Below, in pieces: positions 1 to 8,384 of a stretch of DNA of 64,000 nt. The DNA is taken from contig MEQL01000025.1 of assembly GCA_001770205.1 (NCBI GenBank), positions 1 to 64,000 on the forward strand. Direction: 5' to 3'. Positions within the stretch are counted from its first letter, which is position 1, and the number at the start of each line of letters is the position of its first letter. The notes below the pieces were generated by a model that saw nothing but the letters and a program-made list of their open reading frames with translations, was not told where the DNA came from and searched no databases. The stretch comes from Bdellovibrionales bacterium RIFOXYD12_FULL_39_22 (GTDB lineage: Bacteria > Bdellovibrionota > Bacteriovoracia > Bacteriovoracales > Bacteriovoracaceae). A program made the translations under genes and the position numbers.

Positions 1-46
1 GTATAAAAACAATACCTGACAATACTGTTAGGTGTTCGTTTTTTTG

Positions 47-75
47 GGGAAAACTTGACTAAATCAAGTTTTCCC
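47..75. repeat. 12-bp perfect inverted repeat GGGAAAACTTGA-ctaaa-TCAAGTTTTCCC
   Basis: Read directly. It sits where the minus-strand kinase fragment loses similarity to kinases. A second weaker hairpin (ACCTGACA-atac-TGTTAGGT) lies at about 14-33. Confidence 0.8.
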
Positions 76-608
76 ATCTTATTAAAAAATGGTTGAAACA
101 TTTTTACCTGTATATTAAGCGGTATTCCCGCTCCAGCATCTACCACCGTAATGACTAGCCTATCTTGTTTGACCTTGCCACTAATATTTATCCACTTATC
201 CTTTAAATCTTTTATAGCATCAATACCATTACTGATCAGGTTTACAAAGACTTGTGAGAGATCACTCTCTCTGCATTGGATGATGGTCTTGCTTTCTACT
301 GGGGTAAAGGTGATCTTAACATTATTTTGTTTTATCTTGTCGGTTAAAATATCTAGTGATTCGTTAATGATCTCGTTTAAATCAAAATCTTCATATGGAT
401 CATTTTCAGAATCCCGGGAGAAGCTTTTTAATCCTTTGATTATTTTTGAAATTCTATGCACTGTTTTTTCGATCTTATGGCCAACATTAAATATATCTTC
501 AATAGTGGCATATTTTTTTTGCAGTTGGATTCCTTGCATTTGGAGAAATGTTAGAGGGTTATTTATTTCATGGGCAATCCCTGCTGCCATCTCTCCAAGA
601 GTTGACAA
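76..608 (-). pseudogene. Fragment of an NtrB-type sensor histidine kinase (HisKA + partial HATPase)
   Basis: Manual translation of the minus strand gives LSTLGEMAAGIAHEINNPL (H box), SQVFVNLISNGIDA (N box), VVDAGAGIP (G1) and MFQPFF (F box). There is no G2 GTGLGL box, and an in-frame stop lies just upstream with no sensor domain. Not in the ORF track. Confidence 0.8.
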
Positions 609-1690
609 CGGGAACCACTGGACGAGGAGGAATTGGTAACTTCAGTTCCAAAAATGACTACTGGGTAATTTCTAAATTAACGGCCTCCGGCCATTATGGT
701 GGAACAAGTGGCTTTGCAAACGGGCGAATTGTTGGCTGCGAATTTACTGGTAGAAGTGGCATAACGCCGCTGGGTGCCGGAGCACTAATAGATGCCGGGG
801 CAAATTTTGCAATTTCCTTTGGCGTAAATACCATTGATAATCTAAAGGTTTTTGGTAATTACCTTCATGATTTTGGTACACCCGCATCAAATAATAATTT
901 ATTGCATACTATGTACTTTAGAATTCGATCTAACACTAGAACATTGAGAGCTCCTGAAATTGGATGGAATTATTTACATGATAAAGATGGCCCTCGATTT
1001 GGGATTCATTATTATGATGAAGGTAGTGATGTAGATGGGGAGCCGGATGTTGGAACATTTATAGATGTTATGCGTATTCATGACAATGTTGTGAGGGATC
1101 AGACGGGGCCGGGAATAAATATAGGAACACTAACCTCTGGTACAAATAACGCCAACTTTAATGTAGAAATTTATAATAATCTTCTGATCGACTGCGGAAG
1201 AGATCGTGTGCTTACGGGAACGAATGTTCATGCCTTTCAAATTTACGGAGCACGAATGACTGGACACTTTTCCATTTACAATAATACCATATATGGATTT
1301 GGGGAACCAGAAAACGGAACCGGTTACGCACTATACATACCCAAAACGGCCTCTTTGGGAATTAAGTCTGAATTTGGTGGGTCTTTTGAGTTGAAGAATA
1401 ATATCTTCGTGGACACTAATAATTTAGAGTTTATTGATTTTAATAATTTGGCACTCCCCTCCACGTCCACAAATAATATATGGTATTCCTCCTATGGACA
1501 TCAACCTCCATCATTTGAAATTAATCCAATAATATCAAATCCCATGTTTGTAAACGCAGCATCTTTTGATTTTAATATTAGAGAGAATAGTCCGGGAAGA
1601 AATTCAGGCGCCGATACCAGCTCAGTGCTAACAACCGATATTCTCGGAGTAGTTAGAAACATATTTGATATTGGTGCATTTGAATATTAA
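608..1690 (+). CDS. N-terminally truncated right-handed beta-helix (pectin lyase-like) protein with a choice-of-anchor-Q-like C-terminus
   Basis: Gly/Asn-rich repeats (IHDNVV, IYNNLL, IYNNTIY, LKNNIF) and a C-terminus DFNIRENSPGRNSG...DILG..R..DIGAFEY. The nominal 548 start lies inside the antisense kinase fragment. Confidence 0.65.
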   Translation, partial: TGTTGRGGIGNFSSKNDYWVISKLTASGHYGGTSGFANGRIVGCEFTGRSGITPLGAGALIDAGANFAISFGVNTIDNLKVFGNYLHDFGTPASNNNLLHTMYFRIRSNTRTLRAPEIGWNYLHDKDGPRFGIHYYDEGSDVDGEPDVGTFIDVMRIHDNVVRDQTGPGINIGTLTSGTNNANFNVEIYNNLLIDCGRDRVLTGTNVHAFQIYGARMTGHFSIYNNTIYGFGEPENGTGYALYIPKTASLGIKSEFGGSFELKNNIFVDTNNLEFIDFNNLALPSTSTNNIWYSSYGHQPPSFEINPIISNPMFVNAASFDFNIRENSPGRNSGADTSSVLTTDILGVVRNIFDIGAFEY

Positions 1691-1715
1691 TACTCATACT
1701 CAATAAATATAATAA

Positions 1716-2777
1716 TTAGAAAAATTTAACTATTGATTCCCCATCAAATTTGTAAATCTCAACATAGTTTGGATGGAGATCCAAAAGCAGCTGTAGCGAC
1801 TCATTGTCACCATTAATGAAATTAGCAATCAGCTTGAAAGATACAATCGGAGGACCTTTCAAAAAATTTTCGTTGGGTAATCGTTCGAAAATTTTTTGCT
1901 CAAGTGGCAAAAAAATCTGAATGGGAAAATGTAATATAGTGGCATCCGCCACTTGCGATACTTTTGTTGATTTTCCAGCAAAAATGGACATCGCTGATTT
2001 AACTTCAAAACCCTCCAACCAATCCCCCGAACTTATCACCGTATTACACTCAGGCGTAATTACACCGCACTTTGTATAAAACTTTGCTGGCGCAAAAAAA
2101 GTGCCTGGCCGTATTATTCGATAGTCACGAAAATGCAGTAAAACATTTTCTGGATGATCCGCGGCCATAACTCCCCCAGCGATATGCGGAAGTCCCATTA
2201 TATGGCCAATCTCATGCCGAAGCACTTCAAATAAAACCCCATCATTTTTAAAAAGCCCCGGAGGAATATTACTATTTTTACCATATGCATGCGCACCAAT
2301 ATCTGAAGTGATATAGATAAATCCTTTTCCTCTAAGCATGATTTTGTCATAAGCTGTTCTGATTGTTAATCCAACATAATTTTCAAAACTTTCACCCATT
2401 GTGGCGAAAGTAGCAAGTTGCTCTGCGGATAAAGTGCCATAACCAAACTGAAATTTCACGTCTTCAAACCCATCACAATCTTGCAAAATGAAATTATGCA
2501 TACCTATTCCGGTCAACGATCCAACCGGCGCAAACTCAGACCTCCAATAGTCTATGGCGGCCTTAGTAATACGCAAAACATCCTCTTTGCTGGCGGAAAT
2601 ACCCTGTTCATCAAAGGCCAAACAATACTTTACATCAAAAAAGGTCCCTTCAATATCTTTTACAAACCATGGATTGTAGCGATCTTTGATAAACTCGCCT
2701 CCAGAGGATCCCCAATCTCCGGCCAAAAGTCCTGTGCAAGAAAACAGGAAACTAGTTATCAAAAATATCTTTCTCAT
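1716..2777 (-). CDS. Secreted metzincin/matrixin-like zinc metalloprotease
   Basis: HEIGHIMGLPH (HExxHxxGxxH) followed by a Met-turn-like GVM. Signal peptide from MRKIFLIT; GGAG RBS before the ATG at 2777. Confidence 0.7.
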   Translation of the reverse strand: MRKIFLITSFLFSCTGLLAGDWGSSGGEFIKDRYNPWFVKDIEGTFFDVKYCLAFDEQGISASKEDVLRITKAAIDYWRSEFAPVGSLTGIGMHNFILQDCDGFEDVKFQFGYGTLSAEQLATFATMGESFENYVGLTIRTAYDKIMLRGKGFIYITSDIGAHAYGKNSNIPPGLFKNDGVLFEVLRHEIGHIMGLPHIAGGVMAADHPENVLLHFRDYRIIRPGTFFAPAKFYTKCGVITPECNTVISSGDWLEGFEVKSAMSIFAGKSTKVSQVADATILHFPIQIFLPLEQKIFERLPNENFLKGPPIVSFKLIANFINGDNESLQLLLDLHPNYVEIYKFDGESIVKFF

Positions 2778-2787
2778 CGGCCCTCCA

Positions 2788-2821
2788 AATAAAAACCAGG
2801 CGGCCATGGCCAACCTGGTTT
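2788..2821 (-). terminator. Intrinsic terminator-like hairpin between the two minus-strand genes
   Basis: Minus strand AACCAGG-TTGGCCATGGCCG-CCTGGTT followed by TTTATTT. Confidence 0.5.
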
Positions 2822-2845
2822 ATTTCCATATTGTGATACCGATAA

Positions 2846-3424
2846 CTATTTCCTGACTTTCTGAAATTGACAACTAACTTTTTTCTCCATAACGCTATCT
2901 AATCCCATCCAAAAACCTAGTGTTGCATCAATATCCAGTTGTGAGTCAGATCTTTTTGAAAGGACACTAGCAATTCTGCCATTAAGTGGAAGTGGAAGAT
3001 CAGTTAGATCAATAGAAGTCAACGCTTGGGCCACTAGCGATCCATCTTCTTGCCAACGACTAGACCAAGCAACTGAAAGAAATGATCCAGCAAATGGACT
3101 TACAGTAGCTGAGCCATTCTCGCCAACACTAAAACTCTCTTTATTCACTGACAAATCAGAGCAATTTGTACGAGTAAGCTCAATTTCTACATCTACTTCT
3201 TCATCCGCAAGTCCACTACATTTACCGGCCCAATTTCCAGACATGTCTACACATTCTTCCTCTTTGGTGGCATGTTTTTGTGCCAAATAAGCTTGTCCAT
3301 ATTCTTCAATTTGCTTTCCAACTATCTTGTTTACAATTCCTGGAATTCCGTTAAGCGCAAACGCCGAAAATTGAAAAGAGCTGGCCACGACTAAAGATGC
3401 TAATAATTTTGTTCTTGTTTTCAT
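2846..3424 (-). CDS. Secreted hypothetical protein
   Basis: Signal peptide MKTRTKLLASLVVASSFQFSAFA; AAGGAG RBS upstream; several Cys. Confidence 0.7.
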   Translation of the reverse strand: MKTRTKLLASLVVASSFQFSAFALNGIPGIVNKIVGKQIEEYGQAYLAQKHATKEEECVDMSGNWAGKCSGLADEEVDVEIELTRTNCSDLSVNKESFSVGENGSATVSPFAGSFLSVAWSSRWQEDGSLVAQALTSIDLTDLPLPLNGRIASVLSKRSDSQLDIDATLGFWMGLDSVMEKKVSCQFQKVRK

Positions 3425-3570
3425 TTTGACTCTCCTTGATGTCATGTTATTAATTTGGTCTCATCATTTTTTGAATCAACCTTTCATGCTTTCATGATCG
3501 TCAAAATTTCCACTTTATTGTATTAATTAATTGTCTAATTTTTATAAAATAGTTATACTTTTTATATAAT

Positions 3571-4392
3571 ATGAATGTTTTTAGAGAAGATAACTACAAA
3601 GAGATCATAAAAAAACGGGTTAAAGAAGTGTCCAAGCTCAAGGCACAATCGTTAACTTTGCGTAAACTAGCACAAAGCATCTCCATTCAATATACCTATC
3701 TATCCAAGGCACTTAACCACGAGACTACTCACCTTAGTGAAGATAATCTTTATGATCTTTGCCAATATCTGGAATTTTTTCCTGATGAAGTAGACTTTAT
3801 ATTATTACTCCGATCTGCTCAGATTGCCAGTAGTCCAAAACGCAAAGATTTTCTCGCAAAAAAAATTTCCAAAATGCGTAAAGCAAAAGAATTGCATGCT
3901 GATCAAAGCTCCTCATATCCTACAGGCAGAGAGATAAATTTTTTACTTTCCCCTCTGGCATGGCTAACTTTTTTTGCTTTAGGCATAAAGGAAATACGTC
4001 ACGATCCGGGTTTGTTATGCAAGCTTTTAAATATTAATCTCTATCAACTCAAATCAATCTTACAAAATTTATCAGACTTAGATTTAATTAATACCGATGC
4101 AAATCTTTTGAATATAATCAAGATTAACAAGTATCACACCCACTACGGTGTCGATCATCCGCTGGCCCGTATTCATCAGCAAATGCTACGTCCCTTTTGC
4201 GACACACGCATCTTTACTTTACCAGAGCAAGATAAGTATCGCTTCATGGCCACCTTTAATGCAAATAACGCTAGCATCAAAATAATCCAGGATAAATTTT
4301 TGGACTTTATTAAAGAAGTTGAAAAAGTGGTAATACCTGCGCCTGGAGAGAATACCTTTCAGTTAAATTTCGATCTATTTAAATGGTTTTAA
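3571..4392 (+). CDS. TIGR02147/DUF4423-family HTH regulator-like protein
   Basis: N-terminal HTH (TLRKLAQSISIQYTYLSKALN), RIHQQML, and C-terminal FQLNFDLFKW. Size and motifs match this Bdellovibrionota-expanded family as I recall it. Confidence 0.75.
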   Translation: MNVFREDNYKEIIKKRVKEVSKLKAQSLTLRKLAQSISIQYTYLSKALNHETTHLSEDNLYDLCQYLEFFPDEVDFILLLRSAQIASSPKRKDFLAKKISKMRKAKELHADQSSSYPTGREINFLLSPLAWLTFFALGIKEIRHDPGLLCKLLNINLYQLKSILQNLSDLDLINTDANLLNIIKINKYHTHYGVDHPLARIHQQMLRPFCDTRIFTLPEQDKYRFMATFNANNASIKIIQDKFLDFIKEVEKVVIPAPGENTFQLNFDLFKWF

Positions 4393-5013
4393 ATTTTTCA
4401 CAACTCCAGAAGAAGCTGGAAGAATTACCATCGCAAAAGAGAGCGGATCTATCATTTGCACAAAATCTTCTGATGAAATTTTACTATTGTCGACTAACAA
4501 AAATTTTACCAAATCATCATCTTCATTATCTCCATCATCTCCAGCTTCATTCTCTGTCCATCGCATAGTTGTTTTCAAAATACTCCTCATAGAAAAACTT
4601 CTCATTTCATAAGGGATATTTCTGGCCTTCAATATGTTTGTGTCAATGGCCAGCCATCCAAGAATAAAGGATCCATCGTAGGTCCTGGTTATTTGAGTGA
4701 TTTGATATCCCTCGATAGGCGAATCCGGATAAATAGACTCTGAAATGTTAACGTTACCAATTGAACATACGTAAAACTTGTTTCCATCTTGGCCCAAATA
4801 TACTCCTTTAGAAATACGACGAATGGTGGCATTCATCTTATTCAACGTCCCATCTTTATTTGGCATAGTAAATCTAAAACGACCCTCAAGGTTAGGCATA
4901 TCAATACGATATTTTTCAGTGCAAACTTGCTTTGTATAGTACATACAAGATTGTAACACTGGTAATAGTATGAAAATAACAGATAGTTTTGCTACCAAAT
5001 TTAACTTCGCCAT
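4375..5013 (-). CDS. Hypothetical lipoprotein
   Basis: Lipobox LQSC after a hydrophobic stretch; GGAGGG RBS. Confidence 0.65.
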   Translation of the reverse strand: MAKLNLVAKLSVIFILLPVLQSCMYYTKQVCTEKYRIDMPNLEGRFRFTMPNKDGTLNKMNATIRRISKGVYLGQDGNKFYVCSIGNVNISESIYPDSPIEGYQITQITRTYDGSFILGWLAIDTNILKARNIPYEMRSFSMRSILKTTMRWTENEAGDDGDNEDDDLVKFLLVDNSKISSEDFVQMIDPLSFAMVILPASSGVVKNLKPFK

Positions 5014-5143
5014 AAACTATGCCCTCCTTCAAAAAAACCATTCAATTAAAGTATTAACAAATTAATACAGAGTATAAAGAAAAAAAATCGCAAATATAGC
5101 AAAAGTTTTTTTACATGACTAAAATATTAATTCGAAAAAAGTC

Positions 5144-5236
5144 TTTTGAAATTCTTACAAAATATTAATTTAGACTGACTAAAAAACTGCCCAACTATTA
5201 GACAGTCTAAATTAATATTTTGTAAGAATTTCAAAA
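5144..5236. repeat. 34-bp perfect inverted repeat with 25-bp spacer in a divergent intergenic region
   Basis: TTTTGAAATTCTTACAAAATATTAATTTAGACTG (5144-5177) is the exact reverse complement of 5203-5236. Confidence 0.95.
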
Positions 5237-5352
5237 ATCTATTTTCAATTTTAAATTTCGATTACCATCTAGGTAACGAATAACCGGGCCCGGCACTCGG
5301 GTGATGAATAAGCACATCAGTTCTGGGACAATATCCATATCGAGGAGCGGCC

Positions 5353-5955
5353 ATGAAAATTAAAATCATTTCAAAATTACCACTAATTGTCTTATCACTA
5401 TTTTCTATTACCTCTTTTGCAAACAGTGTTCTTGATGATATAGAGCGAAGTATTGTAAAAAATCATGATAAAGTAGGAACGGAAAAAGTTACTCCTGACG
5501 TGAGAAAACATGCGAACGATATCTGTAGATCGCCTTTTATTAAGAGAATTAACAAGTTTTTAGACACAAACACCAACTACGAGCTAATTAATGCAGATAC
5601 TCAAATTAGACCTGATCAACTGGACCAGTTTGACGAGAAAGATCGCACCGCAATAATGCAAGATTTTAATTATGACAAAGATCTTAAGGGCCATGTTTCG
5701 GCCTGGGTTTATACCAGCGGAGCAGGGGCTGAATATGATGGACGATATTTAGGCGCAGCATATTTTGCAAAAACATTATTGCTTGATATCGCTGCAGATA
5801 AAGTTGTCATCATTGAAGATGTGCGCATTTATGATTCAGGAAGAATTTCTTTTATGTTTTTAAAAGTAAGGCCAGACTCCTGTGAAGAGACAGAAGGGCG
5901 TCTTATGTTACGATCAAATTCTGATTCTTCTAATCGTATATATTTTGAGGATTAA
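5353..5955 (+). CDS. Secreted hypothetical protein
   Basis: Signal peptide ending SFA; GAGGAG RBS. Confidence 0.7.
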   Translation: MKIKIISKLPLIVLSLFSITSFANSVLDDIERSIVKNHDKVGTEKVTPDVRKHANDICRSPFIKRINKFLDTNTNYELINADTQIRPDQLDQFDEKDRTAIMQDFNYDKDLKGHVSAWVYTSGAGAEYDGRYLGAAYFAKTLLLDIAADKVVIIEDVRIYDSGRISFMFLKVRPDSCEETEGRLMLRSNSDSSNRIYFED

Positions 5956-6003
5956 AGTGACAAAATCGCCGAAAAAAGTAGTTGGTGGAGGTATCTATTT
6001 ATT

Positions 6004-6528
6004 TCAGATAGTCCATGGGAAATACCCCTTTTCTCTCGCTCGTGCAAACATCATTTCGCCGGCCGCTCTAGTATCACCATATTTTTCCATGGCCGCCTGA
6101 TGAAAATTTTCCACGATCAAAGTCCTTCCTAACTGCCGCAATACAGCTATAGGATCGCTAATCAAAAGTGGTCGATGACGTTCAATCCAAATAGGTGCAA
6201 TTTGCGAAGAACAAATGATCTTCGTCTGAGGGCCAAAATAGCGCTGAAAGCGTAAGGCCTCATACGGCTCCAATGCTATTAATAAATCCAGCTCTCTTTC
6301 TAAAATTTGCGACGAATAGTATTCATAATCTACAGTTTTAGAAAAAAATATTCTCATTGTTGAATATACTGAACCAAGTGTCTGTGCTCCACCTTTAAAA
6401 ATGGCCCCTTGAACCGAAAAACTACTTTTCTGAGATAGAGTCCAAATGGATTTAGTGAGACGAGAAATTCCCTGGCCACCGATTCCAGTAATAATTATGT
6501 TAAATGGTGGTTGATAGTGCAGTGACAT
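6004..6528 (-). CDS. iorB: Indolepyruvate:ferredoxin oxidoreductase beta subunit-like (POR gamma family)
   Basis: NIIITGIGGQG, GGAQTLGSVYSTMRI, DLLIALEPYEALRF. ATG overlaps the iorA stop (TGATG). C-terminus appears short. Confidence 0.8.
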   Translation of the reverse strand: MSLHYQPPFNIIITGIGGQGISRLTKSIWTLSQKSSFSVQGAIFKGGAQTLGSVYSTMRIFFSKTVDYEYYSSQILERELDLLIALEPYEALRFQRYFGPQTKIICSSQIAPIWIERHRPLLISDPIAVLRQLGRTLIVENFHQAAMEKYGDTRAAGEMMFARAREKGYFPWTI

Positions 6529-8384
6529 CAAACATCCTTTGCCAGTAATGCTTGCGCCAGTTTCATCCAATTAACATTGGCCGAGATGGCCCCGTTTGGG
6601 CAGACTTGCTTACAAACGCGGCATCGTTTGCAACGATCTAAATCAATGGAAAAATGTGGTAAGTTCGTTGTCTTTTTAACTATGGCCGGACATTGAAGCT
6701 CTCTATAACACAAAGTACAATCCTGGCATTTGGAACTATTAATTGTAGGAGAAAAGGCCTCTCTCCTTTTTATTGCCTGTGCAGGCAACATCTTCGAACA
6801 AGCACCTTTAACCCACAAAACCCGAACTCCTCGAGAGTGCACTAACTGCTTTAATTTTTTTTCATACGAAGATAAATCAAAAGCATCAACAGTAAATAAT
6901 TTGTCTACTCCCAAAGCATAAAGAAGCTTTTCATGGTCTAGCTTAGGATTAGAAGAAAGAGAGGCCTGGTGTCCAGTCATTGCAATATATTCATTATCAA
7001 AAACAAGGTGTAAAAGATCTACTTTGTTATGTACAGCAGAGGCAATTCCGCTAATACCCGCATGAAAAAAACTAGCATCTCCCCCTGTAGAGATGACTAA
7101 TTGAGAAGAGGCCATTGCCGTAATTCCCTGAGAAATTCCTACTCCGGCATTCATACACAAAAGCCAATCAGCACGCTGAGGAGGAAGAGAGGAGCAACCA
7201 ATATCTCCACCAATAACCCAACGATCATCTCCTTGTTCTGCCCGCAAAACCTTCTCGATGATATAAAAAGAGGCCCGATGAGGACAACCTTCACAAAAAG
7301 TTCCCAGTCGTTCTGGCACTTCTATCTCATGAGGTGCTTGCAAATTTTCTCCCATTTGTCTTATTGCAATATCAAATTTATCAGCAAAAAAATTGTAGAT
7401 CGAAGAAAAAGAGATTTCGCCGTAAGGCGTAAAAAAGATTTTTCCCTCCATGGCCGTTTGAATTTTTCCATAAAACAAAGATTTTAAACTATTTTCTAAA
7501 AATCCTCCCTGATCTTCAATCACTACCACTTCTTTTTTATTGGCAAAAAAAGGCAACAACTTTGCTTCATTTAGAGGATACGTCATATCAATATTGAGTA
7601 GATGAACTTTCTCACTTAGCTCTAATCTTAAAATAGACTCATAACTATGTCCAAAAGTGGCACCACGAGTAATAACTCCTATCGCGCTATTAGCATTAAA
7701 AAACTCTTTACCAAAAAAAACGTCCTGAGAGATTGTCTCCATTTTAGCAAATAATTTTTTACTGTTTGCTACACATTGAGCACCAACATTAATATAGCTG
7801 GCCGGATTTTTTATAAATTTAAACTCTCTCTGTGCTTGTCCAATTTTGCTTTCATCCGTCAACAGACTATCATGATTAAAACAAAGCCTAGTTGGTAAAA
7901 AGACAACTACGGCCGTGGCATATTTTTCTGACAATAAAAAGGCCTCTTTGGTTTGATAATAAATCTGCGAAATAGTAGTTGGTTCAAAAAGTGGTAAATT
8001 AATTTGGGGTAAATACCAATGAGGATCTTCCTCTCCAGTACTACATTGTGCCCCAGGATCGGTACCTACAACTAATAACATTCCTCCCCTAATACCAGTG
8101 TATCCAATATAGTTTAGCGGATCAGCGGCAATATTCATCCCGACATGCTTCATAACTACCATCGAGCGCGCGCCTGACAGACTTGCACCTAGGGCCGAAA
8201 GAGTGGCCACATGCTCATTGATGGCATCATTAAAAACCACACTGCCTTTGTATTTACTATTTAGTTCATAAATGGCCGGAGCAATCTTATTAACCGGTGA
8301 GCCGGGATAGTGGGAAAAATAATTAAGTCCCATCTCCATGGCCGCCCAAGCAACCGCCTCATTTCCATTAATAATATTTCTCAC
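6528..8384 (-). CDS. iorA: Indolepyruvate:ferredoxin oxidoreductase alpha subunit
   Basis: GNEAVA, YPGSP, NEHVA, MKHVGMNIAADP, FCEGCPHR, GDIGC, TPP-binding GDASFFHAG...DN..IAMTGHQ, C-terminal 2x[4Fe-4S] ferredoxin. Confidence 0.9.
   Translation of the reverse strand: MRNIINGNEAVAWAAMEMGLNYFSHYPGSPVNKIAPAIYELNSKYKGSVVFNDAINEHVATLSALGASLSGARSMVVMKHVGMNIAADPLNYIGYTGIRGGMLLVVGTDPGAQCSTGEEDPHWYLPQINLPLFEPTTISQIYYQTKEAFLLSEKYATAVVVFLPTRLCFNHDSLLTDESKIGQAQREFKFIKNPASYINVGAQCVANSKKLFAKMETISQDVFFGKEFFNANSAIGVITRGATFGHSYESILRLELSEKVHLLNIDMTYPLNEAKLLPFFANKKEVVVIEDQGGFLENSLKSLFYGKIQTAMEGKIFFTPYGEISFSSIYNFFADKFDIAIRQMGENLQAPHEIEVPERLGTFCEGCPHRASFYIIEKVLRAEQGDDRWVIGGDIGCSSLPPQRADWLLCMNAGVGISQGITAMASSQLVISTGGDASFFHAGISGIASAVHNKVDLLHLVFDNEYIAMTGHQASLSSNPKLDHEKLLYALGVDKLFTVDAFDLSSYEKKLKQLVHSRGVRVLWVKGACSKMLPAQAIKRREAFSPTINSSKCQDCTLCYRELQCPAIVKKTTNLPHFSIDLDRCKRCRVCKQVCPNGAISANVNWMKLAQALLAKDV

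Noticed and set aside
151..639. 162-aa plus-strand ORF
   Set aside because: Antisense shadow of the histidine kinase fragment.
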